A DNA stretch of 64,000 bases from Haloplanus sp. (GTDB taxonomy: Archaea > Halobacteriota > Halobacteria > Halobacteriales > Haloferacaceae), in NCBI GenBank assembly GCA_042216635.1, contig JBDGTR010000017.1, positions 1,615-65,614 of the forward strand, in the 5' to 3' direction. This document shows, piece by piece, positions 10,054-19,603 of the stretch. Position 1 is the first letter of the stretch. The number at the start of each line of letters is the position of its first letter. The position numbers were made by a program, and so were the translations under genes. A model generated the notes under the pieces. The model ran no database searches, was not told the origin of the DNA, and saw nothing but the letters and a program-made list of their open reading frames with translations.

Positions 10054-10138
10054 CCGCACGCCTCCGGCCGTCTCTGGCCGTCCCCGCGCGACGTCGGCGT
10101 CCCGCCCCGCTGGTCGGACCGAGCGGACGCCGCCCGTC

Positions 10139-11026
10139 TCAGTCCTCGCCGACCGTCCGCCCGGTGACGGCTTCGAGGTGTTTGACGAGCGCCATCATGT
10201 CCTCCTCGCCGTAGCCGAGCCCCCGCGTCGCGTTCGTCGCCTCGCGGGCCGCCCCCGTCGCCGGGAGCGGGACCGACGTCTCGCCGGCCGCGTCGAGGAC
10301 GAGGTTCAGGTCCTTGAACAGCAGGTCGACCGGGAACTGCGGCTCGAACGACCGCTCGCGGACCACCGGGCTCTTGTAGTCGAACAGCGGCGCGCCGAGG
10401 ACGCCGTCCTGGATCACGTCGAGCACGTCGTCGAGGGGGAGCCCCTGCCCCGCCGCGAACGCCAGCGCCTCCGAGAACCCCTCCATCATCACCCCGAGCA
10501 GGAGGTTCGTGGTGAGCTTCATGCTCGTCCCGTCGCCGACCGCGCCGACGTGCCGGACCTCGCCGAAGGCCGACAGCAGCGGCCGAACCTCGGCGAGCAC
10601 GTCCTCGTCGGCGCCGGCCAGGACCAGCAGCTCGCCCCGCTCGGCGGGCCCGACGGTACCGAGGACGGGCGCGTCGACGAACTCGCCGCCCGCCTCGCGG
10701 ACCCGCTCGGCCACCTCGGCCGTCGCCGCCGGCGAGACGGTGCTGGCGTCCACCACGACGGTCCCGCGGGGCAGCCCGTGGACGACGCCGTCCTCGCCGA
10801 GGACCACCTCGCGGAGCGCCTCCGGGCCGGTGAGCATCGTGACGACGACCTCCGCCTCGGCCGCCAGTTCCGCGGGCGAGTCGTAGGTGGCGACGCCGGC
10901 GTCGGCGAAGGCGTCCATCTTCGCGGCGGTGCGGTTGTACACGCCGAGGTCGTACCCCGCCTCGTCGACGTTCCACGCCATCGGCGTGCCCATCGCGCCG
11001 AGTCCGATGAAGCCGATTCGATCCAT
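10139..11026 (-). CDS. NAD(P)-dependent 3-hydroxyisobutyrate dehydrogenase / tartronate semialdehyde reductase family
   Basis: GFIGLGAMG, FVDAPVLG, MKLTTN and KDL motifs. Confidence 0.92.
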   Translation of the reverse strand: MDRIGFIGLGAMGTPMAWNVDEAGYDLGVYNRTAAKMDAFADAGVATYDSPAELAAEAEVVVTMLTGPEALREVVLGEDGVVHGLPRGTVVVDASTVSPAATAEVAERVREAGGEFVDAPVLGTVGPAERGELLVLAGADEDVLAEVRPLLSAFGEVRHVGAVGDGTSMKLTTNLLLGVMMEGFSEALAFAAGQGLPLDDVLDVIQDGVLGAPLFDYKSPVVRERSFEPQFPVDLLFKDLNLVLDAAGETSVPLPATGAAREATNATRGLGYGEEDMMALVKHLEAVTGRTVGED

Positions 11027-11128
11027 GTCCCCGGGTTTGAGCGCCATTCAGTAATCAGTTCCGCGAGGCGGCGCGGGTGCTGGCGACGGCTGCGACTCGA
11101 CGCGGCGCGCGCCGGCGACGCGCGGCGC

Positions 11129-11329
11129 TCACCGCCGGGGAACTCGCAGCGTGTGCTCGCGCACCGCGCCACAGCCGGGACACCGGTGGCGGTAGTGGAC
11201 GACGCTCCCGTCGGTCTCGCAGCGCCAGCCGCCCGACTCGTCCTCGTGGCCGCAGTCGGGGCAGACGCGCTCCGCGTCGTCGTAGTACGTCCGGAGGTGC
11301 TCCAGCGGCGAGCGGTCGGTCGATGCCAT
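11129..11329 (-). CDS. CPxCG zinc-finger microprotein (HVO_0649-like)
   Basis: CPDCG...YRHRCPGCG, 66 aa. Confidence 0.85.
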   Translation of the reverse strand: MASTDRSPLEHLRTYYDDAERVCPDCGHEDESGGWRCETDGSVVHYRHRCPGCGAVREHTLRVPRR

Positions 11330-11392
11330 ATTTGCCGGTTTCGGCCGGAGCGTGATAAGTCCATTGCCAACGATGCACACGGTCGTGGGCCG

Positions 11393-12061
11393 TCAGTGGT
11401 CGCGCGGGCCGTCGTGGCCGCGGAGTCGGTGGACCGCGCCGTAGGCCCGGTGGAAGAGCGCGTCGAGTCGGCTCTCGCGCACGCAGGCCTCGACCCGGCC
11501 CTCGCGGATGGCGCGCACGACGGCCGCGGGAGTGGGGTCGGCGGCGTCCAGCCGCGTGTAGGCGCGGCCGACCTCGACGGGGAAGTGGGCGTCGCTCCCG
11601 CCGACGACGGGGACGTCCAGGTCGCGGGCGAGGCGTTCGACGCCCTGGCGGTTCGGTCGCTTGCCGTTGAGTTCCACGGCGTCGAAGGGGGCGTCGGCCT
11701 CGGCCACAGTGCTGTTCCGGAAGGGGTGGGCGACGACGGCGGCGCACCCGCGGTCGTGGGCGAGCTCGACCGCCTCCTCGGGCGTCAGCGCGTCGCGCGC
11801 GGTCCGCCGGGGCGGGTCCGGGCCGACCACGAGGAGGTGGCCGCGCGTGGTCGAGATCTCGATCCCCGGGAGGAGTCTGACGCCGCCGAGCCAGTCGGGG
11901 TGTGGCTCGTGGAAGTCGTGGTTCGTCACGGCGACGGCGTCCAGGCCGCGGCGTCGTGCGAGCGCCGCCACGACCCGGAGGCTGACCGGGTCGAACGGCG
12001 TCGGCCGCCCGCGGACGACGTGGAGGAAACCAGCGTGGGCGTGGAGGTCGACGGCGAGCAC
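11393..12061 (-). CDS. PHP domain metal-dependent phosphoesterase
   Basis: DLHAH, TNHD, AHPFR and GGSDAH motifs. Confidence 0.9.
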   Translation of the reverse strand: MLAVDLHAHAGFLHVVRGRPTPFDPVSLRVVAALARRRGLDAVAVTNHDFHEPHPDWLGGVRLLPGIEISTTRGHLLVVGPDPPRRTARDALTPEEAVELAHDRGCAAVVAHPFRNSTVAEADAPFDAVELNGKRPNRQGVERLARDLDVPVVGGSDAHFPVEVGRAYTRLDAADPTPAAVVRAIREGRVEACVRESRLDALFHRAYGAVHRLRGHDGPRDH

Positions 12062-12105
12062 GATTGGAGGTGTCGGTACCAGTGCTTTAGTCTTGGCTCG
12101 TCGGA

Positions 12106-13011
12106 GTGACTGTCGTGCACCGGGTCGTGATCCGCAATCCCGCGAGCGGGAACTGGAGCAGGAGCCTCCGCGCCGTCCAGCTCGCCCGTGCGCGGGGCTA
12201 CGAAGTTCGGGACACGACCGCGCCCGGCGACGCGGTCGAGATGGCGCGCGCGGCGGCCGCCGAGGGCGCCACCCGCATCGTCGCCTGCGGCGGCGACGGC
12301 ACCGTCAACGAGGTGGTCTGGGGCGTCGACGAGGCCGGCCGCACGGGCGACGTCGAACTCGGCGTCGTCCCGACTGGGACCGGGAACGGCTTCGCCGAGG
12401 ACGTCGGCGTCTTCGGCGTCCGCCAGGCCTTCGAGGTGCTGGACCGCGGCGAGACGCGTCGGCTCGACCTCGGGATGGCGGGCAGCCGCCCCTTCCTCAA
12501 GACCTGCGTCGCGGGCTTCCCGGCCGGCGTGAGCGCGCACACCACCGCGGCGATGAAGCGCGCGCTCGGGGTGGCCGCCTACGGGCTCGGGGCCGTCCCC
12601 TACGCGCTCGACGCCCTGACGGAGTCCGACGTGGAGGTGTTCTCGGACCTCTCGGTGCGCGTCGGCCCGGCGTCGGACCCGCTGTGGGCCGGCACCGCCC
12701 TGCTGGTGCTGGTGGGCAACAGCCGGCAGTTCCCGGGGCTCGTCTGGCGACAGGCGCCCCTGGAGGACGGCCTGCTGGAGGTCGTCGTCGTGAAGCGCGC
12801 TGCGGCCTTCCGGGGCGTCCGCCGGACGGACGACGCGACCCACCGCTTCGAGACGCCACACCTCCTCCGGGTCCGGTCCCGGGAGCTGTTCGTCGACGCT
12901 CCCCGGACGCTGTTCAGCGTCGACGGCGAGATACAGGAACGGGCGTCGCTCGACGTCGGGATCCGGCCGCGCGCGCTCCGGTTCCGCGTCGGGGCGCGGT
13001 ACCGGCCGTGA
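12106..13011 (+). CDS. diacylglycerol/lipid kinase family protein
   Basis: NPASG, GGDGTVNEV and PTGTGNGFA motifs. Confidence 0.9.
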   Translation: MTVVHRVVIRNPASGNWSRSLRAVQLARARGYEVRDTTAPGDAVEMARAAAAEGATRIVACGGDGTVNEVVWGVDEAGRTGDVELGVVPTGTGNGFAEDVGVFGVRQAFEVLDRGETRRLDLGMAGSRPFLKTCVAGFPAGVSAHTTAAMKRALGVAAYGLGAVPYALDALTESDVEVFSDLSVRVGPASDPLWAGTALLVLVGNSRQFPGLVWRQAPLEDGLLEVVVVKRAAAFRGVRRTDDATHRFETPHLLRVRSRELFVDAPRTLFSVDGEIQERASLDVGIRPRALRFRVGARYRP

Positions 13012-13144
13012 CCGGGCGAGCGACCGGTACGTATTTCTCGCGGACCGGTGATTGCCAGCCCACGACACGGATGGTGAGACGGATCGCGGGACGGGTGGAG
13101 CGTGCCAGCCCGTCGCTCGCTTCCGGGGGGCGGGCGCCGCGTCG

Positions 13145-13903
13145 ATGACGCCGGTCGCCCCGGAGCAGGTCGCGCTCCTCGCGCTCGTCGGGGGCGTACT
13201 CGTGCTCGCCGGCCTCGTCAAGGGCGCGCTCGGGTTCGGGCCGGCGCTGGTCTCCGTACCGGTGCTGGTCCAGGTGTTCGACCCGAAGACCGCCATCGCG
13301 GCCTTCTCGATCCCGTTGCTCGTGGGGAACCTCGTCGTGCTGTGGCGAGACGGCGTCTCGTGGGCTGCGGTCCGGCCCCACCTCCGGCTGGCCGTGACCG
13401 TGTTCCTCGCGACCGTCGTCGGCGCCGTCGGCCTGCTCGCCCTGCCCGCGGACGTCCTCTCGCTGGTCGTCGGGGTCGCCGTGCTCGGCTACCTCGCCGC
13501 CACCTACCGCTCGGGCGAGGCGCTGGCCCGCTACGCGAACCACCGGTGGTCGGCGTACGTCGTGGGGAGCGCCACGGGCGTGCTGGGCGGTGCGCTCGGC
13601 ATGGGTGGGCTCCCGCTGGCGACGTACCTCGACGCGCGGGAACTCGACCGGGACGTCTTCACGCTCGTGCTGGTGTTGCTCCTCGCGCTCAACAACTCGG
13701 TCAGGATCGCCGCCCTCTGGGCCGGGGGGCTGTTCACCGCGGCGGAACTCGCGCTCGGCGGCGCGTTCGTCGTGCCCGTCTTCCTCGGCGTCGTCGTGGG
13801 CGTCCGCCTCCGGCGGTACATCTCCCCGTCTCGCTTCGAGACGCTGGTCCGCCTCGTGCTCCTCGTCAGTTCGGTGCGGCTCGTCTCTGGCGCGCTGGCG
13901 TGA
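13145..13903 (+). CDS. TauE/SafE sulfite exporter family
   Basis: AGLVKGALGFG, GGALGMGG, 8 TM. Confidence 0.88.
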   Translation: MTPVAPEQVALLALVGGVLVLAGLVKGALGFGPALVSVPVLVQVFDPKTAIAAFSIPLLVGNLVVLWRDGVSWAAVRPHLRLAVTVFLATVVGAVGLLALPADVLSLVVGVAVLGYLAATYRSGEALARYANHRWSAYVVGSATGVLGGALGMGGLPLATYLDARELDRDVFTLVLVLLLALNNSVRIAALWAGGLFTAAELALGGAFVVPVFLGVVVGVRLRRYISPSRFETLVRLVLLVSSVRLVSGALA

Positions 13904-13984
13904 CGGTGGTCCGGGGCGTGGCTGCGGGGCGCGGGCCCTGACTTCCTCCCGCGGCCGGGGCCGTGGGCTTCCGCTCGCTCCCCG

Positions 13985-15358
13985 TCACTCGAGCCGCTCG
14001 CGGACCTCGCTGGCCGCCCGCTCGCCCGAACTGACGGCGCCGTCCATGTAGCCGTACCACTCGGTGGCGGTCTCGGTGCCGGCCCAGTGGAGGCGCCCGC
14101 ACGGCTCCCGCAGGGCCGCGCCGTGGCTCGTGAGCGCGCCCGGCGGCATGTTCCCGGCGAGACACGCCCGCGAGTAGCGCTCGTTCGCCCAGACCTGGTC
14201 GACGTAGTCGACGGGGTCGGCCGCGCGCGGCCCGAGGTAGGCGGCGAACTGGTCGAGCACCCGGTCGCGGCGCTCGGCCGCGTCGACGGCGGCCAGGTCG
14301 CGGGCGTGGTCTCCGAGTACGAACCCGACGAGCGCGCCCGTCGACGCTTCCCGCGGCAGGTCGTCGTATATCAGGCCGACCGGCCCGTCGGCGTCCACCA
14401 CCTCGCCGGAGCGGCCGTCGTGCCGCCAGAAGGGAGCGTCGTAGGCCGCGACGCACTTGATCATCTCGCCCATCGGCGGTCGCTGGGTCAGCCCGTCGCG
14501 CCGCGCGGGGAGGGGCGGGTCGTAGTCGATGCGTCCCGCGAGCGCGGGCGGGACGGCGACCACGGCGTACTCGGCAGTCAGCGACAGCCCCTCGGCGTGG
14601 ACGGTCACGCCGTCGCCCTGTTCGATGGCGTGGACGGGCGTCCCCAGGTGGACTCGGTCGCCGAGAGCCGCGGCCAGCTCCTCGGCGAGCTGCTGAGTGC
14701 CGCCCACCAGCCGGGTCTGCTGGGCGCCGCCCTCGACGGAGGTGAGCGGGCCGAACCCGCCGGCCGAGGCGACGTAGAACAGGAGAAAGAGGAGCGACAG
14801 CTCCCGGGGTTCGGAGCCGAAGACCGCGCGGACCATCGCGTCGAACGCGTCGCGGGCAGCCGCGGTCCGCAGCGTCGCGTCCCGCCACGTCGCCACGGTC
14901 TGGCTGTCCCACGCCGCCGCCTCGGGGGCCTCGTGTGGCGCGTCGACCGGTACGGACTCGCTCTGTTCGTCGAGGCGCCAGATCGCGTAGCGCAACTCCC
15001 ACTGTGCGGGCCGGTCGAGCGCGCCGAACGCGGTCTCGTGGCGCCCGACCGTGCCGCCCGCCCGGAACGCCGACTCGCCCGCCGTGTACTGCGGGAACGT
15101 CTCGACGCCGAACTCCTCGACGAGCGCGTGGACGTGGCGCTGTCCCGGGCCGATCCACTGGGCGCCGAGGTCGATCGTCTCGCCCGCGAGGTCGCGGCTG
15201 AGCGTCCGGCCGCCAACCCGGTCGCGCGCCTCCAGCACCGCGACGGTCACCTCGTTCCGGGCGAGTCGGCGCGCTGCCGTCAGCCCGGCCAGGCCGCCCC
15301 CCACGACCGCGACCTCGCAGTCGCGGTCGAGCACCGGCCGCGCGTCGTCTGCGGTCAT
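13985..15358 (-). CDS. flavin monoamine oxidase family protein
   Basis: GGGLAGL, EARDRVGGR, DLGAQW and HWAGTETATEWYGYMDGA motifs. Confidence 0.92.
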   Translation of the reverse strand: MTADDARPVLDRDCEVAVVGGGLAGLTAARRLARNEVTVAVLEARDRVGGRTLSRDLAGETIDLGAQWIGPGQRHVHALVEEFGVETFPQYTAGESAFRAGGTVGRHETAFGALDRPAQWELRYAIWRLDEQSESVPVDAPHEAPEAAAWDSQTVATWRDATLRTAAARDAFDAMVRAVFGSEPRELSLLFLLFYVASAGGFGPLTSVEGGAQQTRLVGGTQQLAEELAAALGDRVHLGTPVHAIEQGDGVTVHAEGLSLTAEYAVVAVPPALAGRIDYDPPLPARRDGLTQRPPMGEMIKCVAAYDAPFWRHDGRSGEVVDADGPVGLIYDDLPREASTGALVGFVLGDHARDLAAVDAAERRDRVLDQFAAYLGPRAADPVDYVDQVWANERYSRACLAGNMPPGALTSHGAALREPCGRLHWAGTETATEWYGYMDGAVSSGERAASEVRERLE

Positions 15359-15450
15359 GGTTCGAACCACGCAGTCGAGGCGATAAACCTTCCGTGCCCC
15401 CGTGCCCGGCGGACACCGATTGAAGTACGTCCGCGCAGAAGACGGGGTCG

Positions 15451-16737
15451 ATGCAGGTAGACCGCGCCTCGCTGCGGACGTTCCTCCTGTACGTCGGACC
15501 GGGCTTTCTCGTCAGCGTCGCGTACATGGACCCGGGGAACTGGGCGACCAACATCGCCGGCGGCGCGCGCTACGGGACCGCGCTGCTGTGGGTGGTCGTC
15601 CTCTCGTCGCTGATGGCGATCGTCATCCAGGTCGTCGCGGCCAAGCTCGGCATCGCGTCGGGGATGAACGTCGCCCGGCTCTGTCGCGAGCGATTCCCGA
15701 CCCCGCTGGTGTACGTCTCCTGGGGCGCGGCCGAGCTCGCGATGATCGCGACCGACGTGGCCGAGATCGTCGGCGCCGGGATCGGGTTCAAGCTCCTGCT
15801 CGGCGTCCCGCTCGCCGGCGGCGCCGTCATCGCGGGCGCGCTCTCTTTCCTCCTCCTCGGCGCCCGGTCGGCCTACCGGGAGGGCTACCGGTCCTTCGAG
15901 TTGCTGATCGCGAGCCTGGTCGCCGTCATCGGGTTCGCGTTCCTGTTCGAACTCGTGCTCGCGCGCCCGGCGCCCGCGGTCGTCGCCCGGGGGCTGATCC
16001 CCACGCTCCCGGACAGCGGGGCGGTCTTCTACGCGGCCGGCATCCTCGGTGCGACGGTGATGCCCCACTCGATCTACCTCCACACCCAGCTCGTCCAGGA
16101 CCGGCGCGGCCGCGCCGAGGAGGCCGAGGACGCCGCCGCGCTCGAACCGCAGCTCTTCTCCGACGGCGGCGTCGCCGACGACCGGACGCACTTCCAGCTG
16201 GAGGCACTGGACACCGGACTGGCGCTGTTCGGCGCGATGTTCGTCAACGCGGCGATGCTCGTGCTCGCCGCGACCGCGCTGTTCGGGAGCGGCGTCGCGA
16301 CAATCGAAGCGGCTTCCGAGACGCTGCAGGCCGTCTTCGGGCCGCTGGCCTCCGAGATGTTCGGGCTCGCGCTCGTCGCCGCCGGGCTCTCCTCGTCGTT
16401 CGTGGCCACGATGGCCGGGCAGACCGTCATGGACGGCTTCCTCGACCTCCGCGTCCCGGCGTGGGCGCGCCGCCTCATCACGCTCGTGCCGTCGCTGACG
16501 ATCGTGCTCCTGGGCTTCGAGACCACGCGCGTCCTCGTGGCCTCGCAGGTGGCGCTCTCGCTCGAACTCCCGTTCATCCTGGTGCCGCTCCTCTGGTTCT
16601 CGACGGACCGGTCGGTCATGGGCCCGTTCCGCAACCGCCGGGCGACCACGGTGCTCCTCGGCGCCATCGTGGCCTTCATCGTGGGCCTGAACGTCCTGCT
16701 GATCGCGGACGCGGTCGGCCTCGTCGCGGTGAGTTGA
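15451..16737 (+). CDS. mntH: Nramp family Mn2+/Fe2+ transporter
   Basis: YMDPGNW and GATVMPH signature motifs. Confidence 0.95.
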   Translation: MQVDRASLRTFLLYVGPGFLVSVAYMDPGNWATNIAGGARYGTALLWVVVLSSLMAIVIQVVAAKLGIASGMNVARLCRERFPTPLVYVSWGAAELAMIATDVAEIVGAGIGFKLLLGVPLAGGAVIAGALSFLLLGARSAYREGYRSFELLIASLVAVIGFAFLFELVLARPAPAVVARGLIPTLPDSGAVFYAAGILGATVMPHSIYLHTQLVQDRRGRAEEAEDAAALEPQLFSDGGVADDRTHFQLEALDTGLALFGAMFVNAAMLVLAATALFGSGVATIEAASETLQAVFGPLASEMFGLALVAAGLSSSFVATMAGQTVMDGFLDLRVPAWARRLITLVPSLTIVLLGFETTRVLVASQVALSLELPFILVPLLWFSTDRSVMGPFRNRRATTVLLGAIVAFIVGLNVLLIADAVGLVAVS

Positions 16738-16801
16738 GCCGGCGGGGGTCGGGCTGCCGCCCGGGGACACGCCTTTACCCCCGGACGTGGATCCACCGGG
16801 T

Positions 16802-17314
16802 ATGCCCTCTCTCGGGACCCGCGTGCGCCGCCTGCCCCGCGAGCGGGCGGCGCTCTCGCTCCTGCTCGCCGTCCTCGCGGTCGAACTCGTCGGCGCCGCC
16901 GGGTCGCTGTTCACCGCGCGCGGGCTCGCCACCTGGTACGGGACGCTCCGGCGGCCGGCGCTCGCGCCGCCGAACTGGGTGTTCGGCCCGGTCTGGACGA
17001 CGCTGTTCGCGCTGATCGGAGTCGCGGTCTGGCTCGTCTGGCGGCGGGCGACGACCGAGCCCGGGCGGGTCCGGGTCGCGTTCGCGGTCTTTCTCGTCCA
17101 CTTCGCGGCCAACCTGGCGTGGTCGGCCGCCTTCTTCGGCGCGCGGTCGATCGCCCTCGGCCTGGCCGTGATCGCGGCGCTGTGGCTGCTGATCGTCGCC
17201 ACCATCTGGGCATTCGGTCGCGTCGACCGCCGCGCCGCCGCCCTCCTCGTCCCTTACCTCCTGTGGGTGACTTTCGCCGCGTACCTCAACTACCGGTTCT
17301 GGGTCCTCAATTGA
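16802..17314 (+). CDS. tspO: TspO/MBR tryptophan-rich sensory protein
   Basis: WYGTL..PPNWVFGPVWT...LVPYLLWVTFAAYLN. Confidence 0.93.
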   Translation: MPSLGTRVRRLPRERAALSLLLAVLAVELVGAAGSLFTARGLATWYGTLRRPALAPPNWVFGPVWTTLFALIGVAVWLVWRRATTEPGRVRVAFAVFLVHFAANLAWSAAFFGARSIALGLAVIAALWLLIVATIWAFGRVDRRAAALLVPYLLWVTFAAYLNYRFWVLN

Positions 17315-17360
17315 CGCGGTAGCGCGGGGTCACCGTCCGCAGACGCGAGCACGGCGAGCG

Positions 17361-17633
17361 TCAGGACGGGGTGGTCGACCTCGCGAGCCGGTCGTAGAGC
17401 CAGGCGAAGGCGACGCCGCCCGAGAGGCCGTCGACGAACGCCCAGAGGGCGCCGACGACCAGTCCGGACGACGACTCGTCGTAGCCGCGGTAGACGTCTG
17501 CGAGCAGTCGCTGCCAGCGCCGGCCCCAGCCGAACCGCGCGGTGACGCCGAGCAGTGCTACGGCGCCCGCCCAGAGCAGGCCACAGGCCAGTCCGAACGC
17601 GCGAACGTCGAGCGAGCGTGTCTTCGTCGCCAT
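17361..17633 (-). CDS. small membrane protein (family often labelled holin-like)
   Basis: LDVRAFGLACGLLW...YRGYD...GALWAFVDG...AWLYDRL. Confidence 0.7.
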   Translation of the reverse strand: MATKTRSLDVRAFGLACGLLWAGAVALLGVTARFGWGRRWQRLLADVYRGYDESSSGLVVGALWAFVDGLSGGVAFAWLYDRLARSTTPS

Positions 17634-17703
17634 GTCGCTCCGTTCGCCCGCGAGCGACATAGGCGCCCTGCCGATTCCCGTGCCGGGGGACACCCGGCTC
17701 CGC

Positions 17704-18633
17704 TCACTCCCCGTCGGCGCGCCCGGGTTCGCCGGCGACCGGGACGCGCCGGCCGAGTTCGGCGCCGAGCAGCGCGACCGCGACGGCCAGGAGTCCCAGC
17801 GCGAGCAGCGCCTCCGCGGGCGAGAGCCCGAGCCGCGTCAGCACGGCCGAGTCGTCCCAGAGCCGGGTGACGAGCCCGAACGCCGCCCCGGGCGCGGCGA
17901 CCGCACTGCCGGCCAGGACGACGCCGGCGGTCAGCCCGCCGCCCCGGAGCACGCGGAGCGCCGTCCGGCGCGTCGTGGGGCGGACCGGGAGCGGGGCGCG
18001 ACGGCGCCAGCCGACCGCGGCGACCGCGACCACCAGGAGCACGGCCACGAGAACCTCGGGGGGTGCGTCCCCGCCGAGGAGGAGCGGCGCGAGCGCGCGC
18101 CCGGCGGTCGCGACGAGCGACCCGGAGCGCTCGCCGGTGTAGACCAGCGCCGTCAGCGCGACGTTGAACAGCAGCGCGCCCGCCGTCGAGAAGGCCACGA
18201 ACCGCCGGAGGTCCATCCCGGCGGTGCCGGCGGGCACCGAGACGAGCGCCCGCGCGACGGGGAGCAGCCGGCCCCAGAAGACGGACGTCTCGCCCCACCG
18301 CCCGAACCACTGCTCCCACCGGTCGAGGTCGGCGGCCGAGACGTGCACGTAGCGGCCGTACCGGTCGAGCACCCGCGCGCCGTTCCGGCCGAATAGGTAG
18401 TACGCGAGGACGCTCCCGGCGGTCGCGCCCACGGTCGCGACGAGCACGAACGCGACGAAGGAGACGGGATCGGTCACCAGCAGCGCCGCGGCGAACGGGA
18501 CGACGACCTCGCTCGGCACGAAGTGGAGCAGCAGCGACGTCTCCAGGGTCATGTACACGAAGACGGCGATCAGGCCGTAGGTGCTCACGAGGGTCAGGAC
18601 GGCGTGCTGGAGGCCGTCGGCGGTGATGGTCAC
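17704..18633 (-). CDS. DedA family membrane protein with C-terminal extension
   Basis: PSEVVVPF, GATAGS and FWGRLLPVARALVSVPAG motifs. Confidence 0.9.
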   Translation of the reverse strand: MTITADGLQHAVLTLVSTYGLIAVFVYMTLETSLLLHFVPSEVVVPFAAALLVTDPVSFVAFVLVATVGATAGSVLAYYLFGRNGARVLDRYGRYVHVSAADLDRWEQWFGRWGETSVFWGRLLPVARALVSVPAGTAGMDLRRFVAFSTAGALLFNVALTALVYTGERSGSLVATAGRALAPLLLGGDAPPEVLVAVLLVVAVAAVGWRRRAPLPVRPTTRRTALRVLRGGGLTAGVVLAGSAVAAPGAAFGLVTRLWDDSAVLTRLGLSPAEALLALGLLAVAVALLGAELGRRVPVAGEPGRADGE

Positions 18634-18699
18634 GGCTGGCCGTTCCCGCTCGCGGGCGGTGTGGATCGCCTGTCGTCGAGCCGCGCGCGCGTCACGGCG

Positions 18700-19542
18700 T
18701 TATCGACTGCCGACGCCGGGCTTGACGAGCACGTCGTTGCCGGCGACCTCGTGCCGGACGGTCGGCGGGTTGTCGTCGACGCGCTCGCCCTCGCGCTCGC
18801 CGGCCAGGATGGCCCGGAGCGCCTCGTAGTACTCGTCGAGCAGGGAGAGGTCCTCGCCCGCGACCGGGGCCGCGTGGGAGACGTAGAGGGTGTCGAACGC
18901 GCCCGCGTCGCGCAGTTCGCGCAGGTTCGCGAGCGTGTCGAGGTAGTCCGCGGCGTCGCAGCCCTCGAAGTGGATGTAGAGGCCGTGGCCGTTGTGGAGG
19001 ACGTCGCCGCCGTAGAGGACGCCGTCCTCGCGGTCGAGCGCCGCCAGCTGGCCGGGCGAGTGGCCGGGGACGTGGACGAGTTCGAGCGTCCGTCCCCCGA
19101 GGTCGACGGTCGTCCCCGGCTCGATGGCCTCGACGCCGGTGATCGGCGGGATCTCGAAGCTGTCGGGGTCGAAGTCGTCGGGGAACGCCCGGCCCGCCTC
19201 GCGCCAGTCGGCGATCCAGTCCGCCGGGCCGTACCCGAAGCCCTTCGTGATCCCGTTCACGCCGCCGTCGGGCGTGCGCTCGACGGGGTGGACGCGCACG
19301 TCGTCGAACTGGTGGGCCGACCCGACGTGGTCCCAGTGCGAGTGCGAGAGCAGCAGCGTCACCGGCACGTCCACCAGCGACTCGACCATCGCGCGGAGGT
19401 CGCCCGCGCCGCCGCCGGCGTCGATCAGGAGCGCGCGGTCCTCGCCCTCGATGAGGTAGGTCCCGAACAGGACTCCCTCGGCGATGCGCCAGCTGTGGTC
19501 GGTCAGCTGCTCGACCTCGTACCAGTCGTCGGTCGCGTTCAT
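18700..19542 (-). CDS. MBL-fold metallo-hydrolase
   Basis: HSHWDH, PGHSPG and GD motifs. Confidence 0.92.
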   Translation of the reverse strand: MNATDDWYEVEQLTDHSWRIAEGVLFGTYLIEGEDRALLIDAGGGAGDLRAMVESLVDVPVTLLLSHSHWDHVGSAHQFDDVRVHPVERTPDGGVNGITKGFGYGPADWIADWREAGRAFPDDFDPDSFEIPPITGVEAIEPGTTVDLGGRTLELVHVPGHSPGQLAALDREDGVLYGGDVLHNGHGLYIHFEGCDAADYLDTLANLRELRDAGAFDTLYVSHAAPVAGEDLSLLDEYYEALRAILAGEREGERVDDNPPTVRHEVAGNDVLVKPGVGSR

Positions 19543-19603
19543 GTCTTCTCCTCAGGCCGCATCGAGTTGAGGTTTGCGCCGCGGGAGCGTCCCGGGGCGA
19601 CCG

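Noticed and set aside
17361-17633. Holin-like label suggesting a provirus
   Set aside because: No integrase, capsid, terminase or other viral genes nearby.
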